A stretch of 64,000 nucleotides of DNA, taken from IMG/VR virus record IMGVR_UViG_3300036762_000188, one strand, 5' to 3'. Both the position numbers and the translations under genes were made by a program. The notes beneath the pieces are model-generated. The model did not search any database. It saw only the letters and a list, made by a program, of their open reading frames with translations, and had not been told where the DNA came from. Of this stretch, positions 60,969-64,000 are shown piece by piece (position 1 is the stretch's first letter; the number at the start of each line of letters is the position of its first letter). This stretch comes from a virus (Duplodnaviria > Caudoviricetes).

Positions 60969-62657
60969 TTATACCTCTATTAAAGCTCTAAGTTGTGCCA
61001 CTTCGTCTCGAAGAGCGCTTACCTCACTAGTAGTTAAAGAGCCTCCTTGATAACTGAAAGCTTTTATAGCCGCTACTACAGTGCTGTGATTAGGTAGATT
61101 ACGACTACCTGTGTTATCCGTTATAGTAAGCGGAGTTGTTACCGCCGGGTCCGTACCATCTAGAGATAAAACTGCTACACGGTAATCAGAGCCTACAGGA
61201 AGGCCGGCCTGCACCACATCTATACTATAAGTGTTAACGCCGTCGGTGAGCGTAGGGTGACCGTGGGCTTTTACCACTTCATCTCGATGCTCTCCAACAT
61301 ACTTAGTAGAAGTGACGCCTGAAAACACACAGGCGGATACTCTCCAGTAATAATCACTACCCGGGTAAGAGTTACCTCCGGTACCCTTAACTCTCCAGAA
61401 TTTATGGGGAGCCGCTTCCGTACTAGTTATTGAGAACCATATGTTATTTATGGCACTACCCCCAGTGGCGCTTATGGACGCAGCCGACCACACTATTCCA
61501 TTATCAGAATACTCCAGTCGTATAGAGGTTGGTATATAACTAGGTCCTTGATCCTCATCTGTGTGAATCTGTACCTGAGTGATACCTACCGGTGCGTCAA
61601 ACTGATACCCTATGTACTTATCACTAAACTTAACGTACGTAGAGGTAGCAGTATCATTATCCCATAGATTAACGGTACTAGCAGACTCAGTAGTGTCTAA
61701 CCAGCGGCCTAGCTTACCATCACTTAACACTGCAGGTAGTGGATTTGCACCGATAGTATCTGAGCTATCCCATATCTGTAAGAAATCACCACCGTAGTCC
61801 GGTAGGGACACCGTGTCAGCACCGCTACCCTTAGTAAGGTAATCTACTAGCTCAGGGTATACAGAGCGGGTGATAGTCTGCCCTCTACAGTATAACCATC
61901 CATCTGGTAATACGTTATGTGGGTATAATCCTATCATACCTACAGGAGCGTCTGCCACCTTAGTAGCACCAGCTACGCCTATGTGTCGTACTCGTATCTC
62001 TGAATTCTGCACAGACCCGAAGATAAGAGTATTAGCAGTAACTGAGTATTCTGAGGTCGGTACCACTAACCCATTACGTACTATAAGTAGCGACTCTCTA
62101 CTAGGAGGTACTCGTGATAGTAGGTAAGAGTTGTTACCTGCCGGGTAACTCTCTTCAGTTATCTCACTTATGTTGTACGGATGATTTACCTGAGTAATCT
62201 CCCATTTATTCTCAGCGAAAATCAACTGTACGAATGCATTCTTAAGGTCGATTATCAGGCTAGACTCATCTTCAATAGTATCTAGTCCAGAGGGTACTAC
62301 AGTAACAGGCTCTTCATTAAACACACCGAATCTATCGGCTATAGCTACTAGTGTGCCTATGGCAGGGTTATTTGGAAGGGTGATAGTGATACCACCTGAT
62401 GCAAGGTATCCTACTTTATCTAGAGCAGATACGTCCGTGGTAGCGGTAGTCCATTCTAGACCGAACGAAGGGAAGTCCTTCCATGTCAATGTAGTATCGC
62501 CGCCGACTATCTCACTGCCTAGATACTTACCGCTAGACCCTGCTAGGACTGGTACGTCACTTAGATCATCCCATCCTAGGTAATTCCTAAGCGCATCCTG
62601 TATGTATTCTAATAGTTCCGGGGATATGGTAGATATCCCTACTTTAGTTATGCTCAT
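60969..62657 (-). CDS. Tail fibre with tail-collar and discoidin-like domains
   Basis: PVGMI..PDGWLYC.GQ...R..YPEL..LPD..G.F (collar); LEYSDNG..W; GAGGAG RBS before ATG 62657. Confidence 0.8.
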   Translation of the reverse strand: MSITKVGISTISPELLEYIQDALRNYLGWDDLSDVPVLAGSSGKYLGSEIVGGDTTLTWKDFPSFGLEWTTATTDVSALDKVGYLASGGITITLPNNPAIGTLVAIADRFGVFNEEPVTVVPSGLDTIEDESSLIIDLKNAFVQLIFAENKWEITQVNHPYNISEITEESYPAGNNSYLLSRVPPSRESLLIVRNGLVVPTSEYSVTANTLIFGSVQNSEIRVRHIGVAGATKVADAPVGMIGLYPHNVLPDGWLYCRGQTITRSVYPELVDYLTKGSGADTVSLPDYGGDFLQIWDSSDTIGANPLPAVLSDGKLGRWLDTTESASTVNLWDNDTATSTYVKFSDKYIGYQFDAPVGITQVQIHTDEDQGPSYIPTSIRLEYSDNGIVWSAASISATGGSAINNIWFSITSTEAAPHKFWRVKGTGGNSYPGSDYYWRVSACVFSGVTSTKYVGEHRDEVVKAHGHPTLTDGVNTYSIDVVQAGLPVGSDYRVAVLSLDGTDPAVTTPLTITDNTGSRNLPNHSTVVAAIKAFSYQGGSLTTSEVSALRDEVAQLRALIEV

Positions 62658-62733
62658 CGAGTTCTCCTCATGCATGCTTCAATATACCTTTATTTTATGT
62701 TATAAAAGCTATGGGTAGCCAAGGAGTACCTTT

Positions 62734-63195
62734 ATGAATTTTTTAGGAATTGACCCTGCTATACGCACATGCGCAGTGTGTGTACGTACGGAAGGAGGTT
62801 ACTCTACTTCACTGTATGACCTGTCTAAAGTACCACTAGGTAGTATAGTGGGTATACTAGACGAGTTAGTAGGTGACACAGAGATCGAAGGCTTAACCAT
62901 GGAACGCTTCGTGGCGTTTAAAGGGATGCAGACCGGGCATTCTGAAGGGATACTCATGGTAATAGGGGCTATACTAGGATGGGCATACCAGAGAGGTATC
63001 CCTGTTACCTTGAGGAGGAGTATTGAGTGGAAGTCTAAGCTATCATTAGAGCTATTCAAACAGGGGTTCCGTAATAAGAATGAAGGGCTTAACAAGGGCT
63101 TCTCCCTAGACGCTGCAGAATTTATTACAGGGATTAGATTTAAAACGGATCACGAGGCAGATGCAGCATGTCTCGCTTATATGGCTGATGTATGA
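62734..63195 (+). CDS. ruvC: RuvC-like Holliday junction resolvase
   Basis: LGIDPA, MERF, VIGAI, EWK, DHEADAACLA. Confidence 0.75.
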   Translation: MNFLGIDPAIRTCAVCVRTEGGYSTSLYDLSKVPLGSIVGILDELVGDTEIEGLTMERFVAFKGMQTGHSEGILMVIGAILGWAYQRGIPVTLRRSIEWKSKLSLELFKQGFRNKNEGLNKGFSLDAAEFITGIRFKTDHEADAACLAYMADV

Positions 63196-63902
63196 GAAAA
63201 TATACTGAGTATCAAGGATGTATACTGGAGTCGGTAGATATTGATGGTAAACCTATGGCTAAGATGGATCTTATCCTAGAGAGCATAGTACCTAGTGGAT
63301 GGAGGGACTATGAGCAGATTCTTAACTCTGAAGTAGATCTTACGGAAGACTTACAGGTATGTAGGCTAGGCGTCGCAGATGGGAAACCTGGGTTGTATAT
63401 ACCCGTGTACAATATAAGTCGCTGGCTGTATACTATAAAACTCCGCGACGTTAATAGTAGGCTTAAGAACCTATTCAGGTTGTATAGAAGGGACTGTGAG
63501 AAGTCTTTTAGGTTAACCTGGGCTATGCCGGTAGGAGAGCTGCACTATCGCAGTATGAGCACTCCTTACGTAGAGCCTACCGGGGTCACTATAGCTGACC
63601 TAGCCAACTTCATGGAGAGCGAAGGTATCGAGTTGAATATGAGAGCTGATAGCGCTCTAGACGTTTTATATGAGCTGGCTGCTTCTAATAAGTCGGGCGT
63701 AGGAGGAGTTAAGCTTAAGGAGATGCTAGAGTATATAGAGGACCTTCCTTTTTCAGACCATATCATGGGATATATAGAGGAGAAGATTTCTATAGGATTA
63801 CCTGAGTCATACTCTGGGTTGTCTGAATACTTAACCCGTATTAATACTCTGATATCTTTCATAATCACACAGTTCTTCGGAGAGAGAAATGCCGTTAAAT
63901 AA
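63192..63902 (+). CDS. Hypothetical protein with possible P22-antirepressor-like N-terminal domain
   Basis: ADGK....IP....RWL.TI....V...L..YR.DC. Confidence 0.5.
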   Translation: MRKYTEYQGCILESVDIDGKPMAKMDLILESIVPSGWRDYEQILNSEVDLTEDLQVCRLGVADGKPGLYIPVYNISRWLYTIKLRDVNSRLKNLFRLYRRDCEKSFRLTWAMPVGELHYRSMSTPYVEPTGVTIADLANFMESEGIELNMRADSALDVLYELAASNKSGVGGVKLKEMLEYIEDLPFSDHIMGYIEEKISIGLPESYSGLSEYLTRINTLISFIITQFFGERNAVK

Positions 63903-64000
63903 AATCCACGATATCGTAGATGATGCAGAGGACCAGGTAGGAGTGGATGTAGAACATTCTACTCGTATAGGCCTGGCGCGTAACACAGTCGAGCAAGCCA
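63889..64000 (+). CDS. 5' part of a gene continuing beyond the window
   Basis: GGAG RBS; MPLNKIHDIVDDAEDQ... stays open to the window end. Confidence 0.5.
   Translation, partial: MPLNKIHDIVDDAEDQVGVDVEHSTRIGLARNTVEQA

Noticed and set aside
54123-62583. Plus-strand ORFs within the tail-fibre block
   Set aside because: Antisense to long, motif-bearing minus-strand structural genes.
1-64000. Stop-codon reassignment (alternative genetic code)
   Set aside because: Long conserved genes translate intact with code 11; TAA, TAG and TGA all terminate genes; no suppressor tRNA was seen.

Overview
This 64 kb window reads as part of a large lytic dsDNA phage genome (myovirus or jumbo-like). A marine gammaproteobacterial host is inferred from gene content only. 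Almost all genes from 1 to 53.9 kb are short, densely packed and on the + strand, and most gene blocks are preceded by a recurring TGTTATAAGTA promoter-like motif. A minus-strand tail-fibre block occupies 54.0-62.7 kb. The translation and RNA-repair content includes about 12 tRNAs plus two tRNA-like remnants, a circularly permuted two-piece tmRNA (tag ADAYEMKAAA), three RNA ligases, PNK/phosphatase, TrpRS and a YqeY-like protein. Metabolic and probable anti-defence genes include Prs-like and NAMPT-like enzymes (NARP1-type NAD+ rebuilding), a gp49/66-family protein, a NADAR-like protein, MazG, ThyA and a CoaB-aldolase fusion. A TerD/TerD/TerD/TerB/Ca-antiporter/K-channel operon is also present. 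Four non-coding signals stand out. (1) A ~305 nt RNA at 34032-34337 contains a split copy of the 23S rRNA L11-binding (GTPase-associated) domain. (2) Directly after it lies an array of single-ORF cassettes separated by attC-like sites, inside a ~3.2 kb island bounded by a duplicated 5' end of the RNA ligase 1 gene. (3) A ~230 nt structured RNA with nine tandem NNNNTCA heptamers follows a coiled-coil protein gene (19577-20357). (4) A covarying two-hairpin element occurs three times immediately after CCA ends in the tRNA cluster. All family assignments come from motif recognition by eye; no searches were run.
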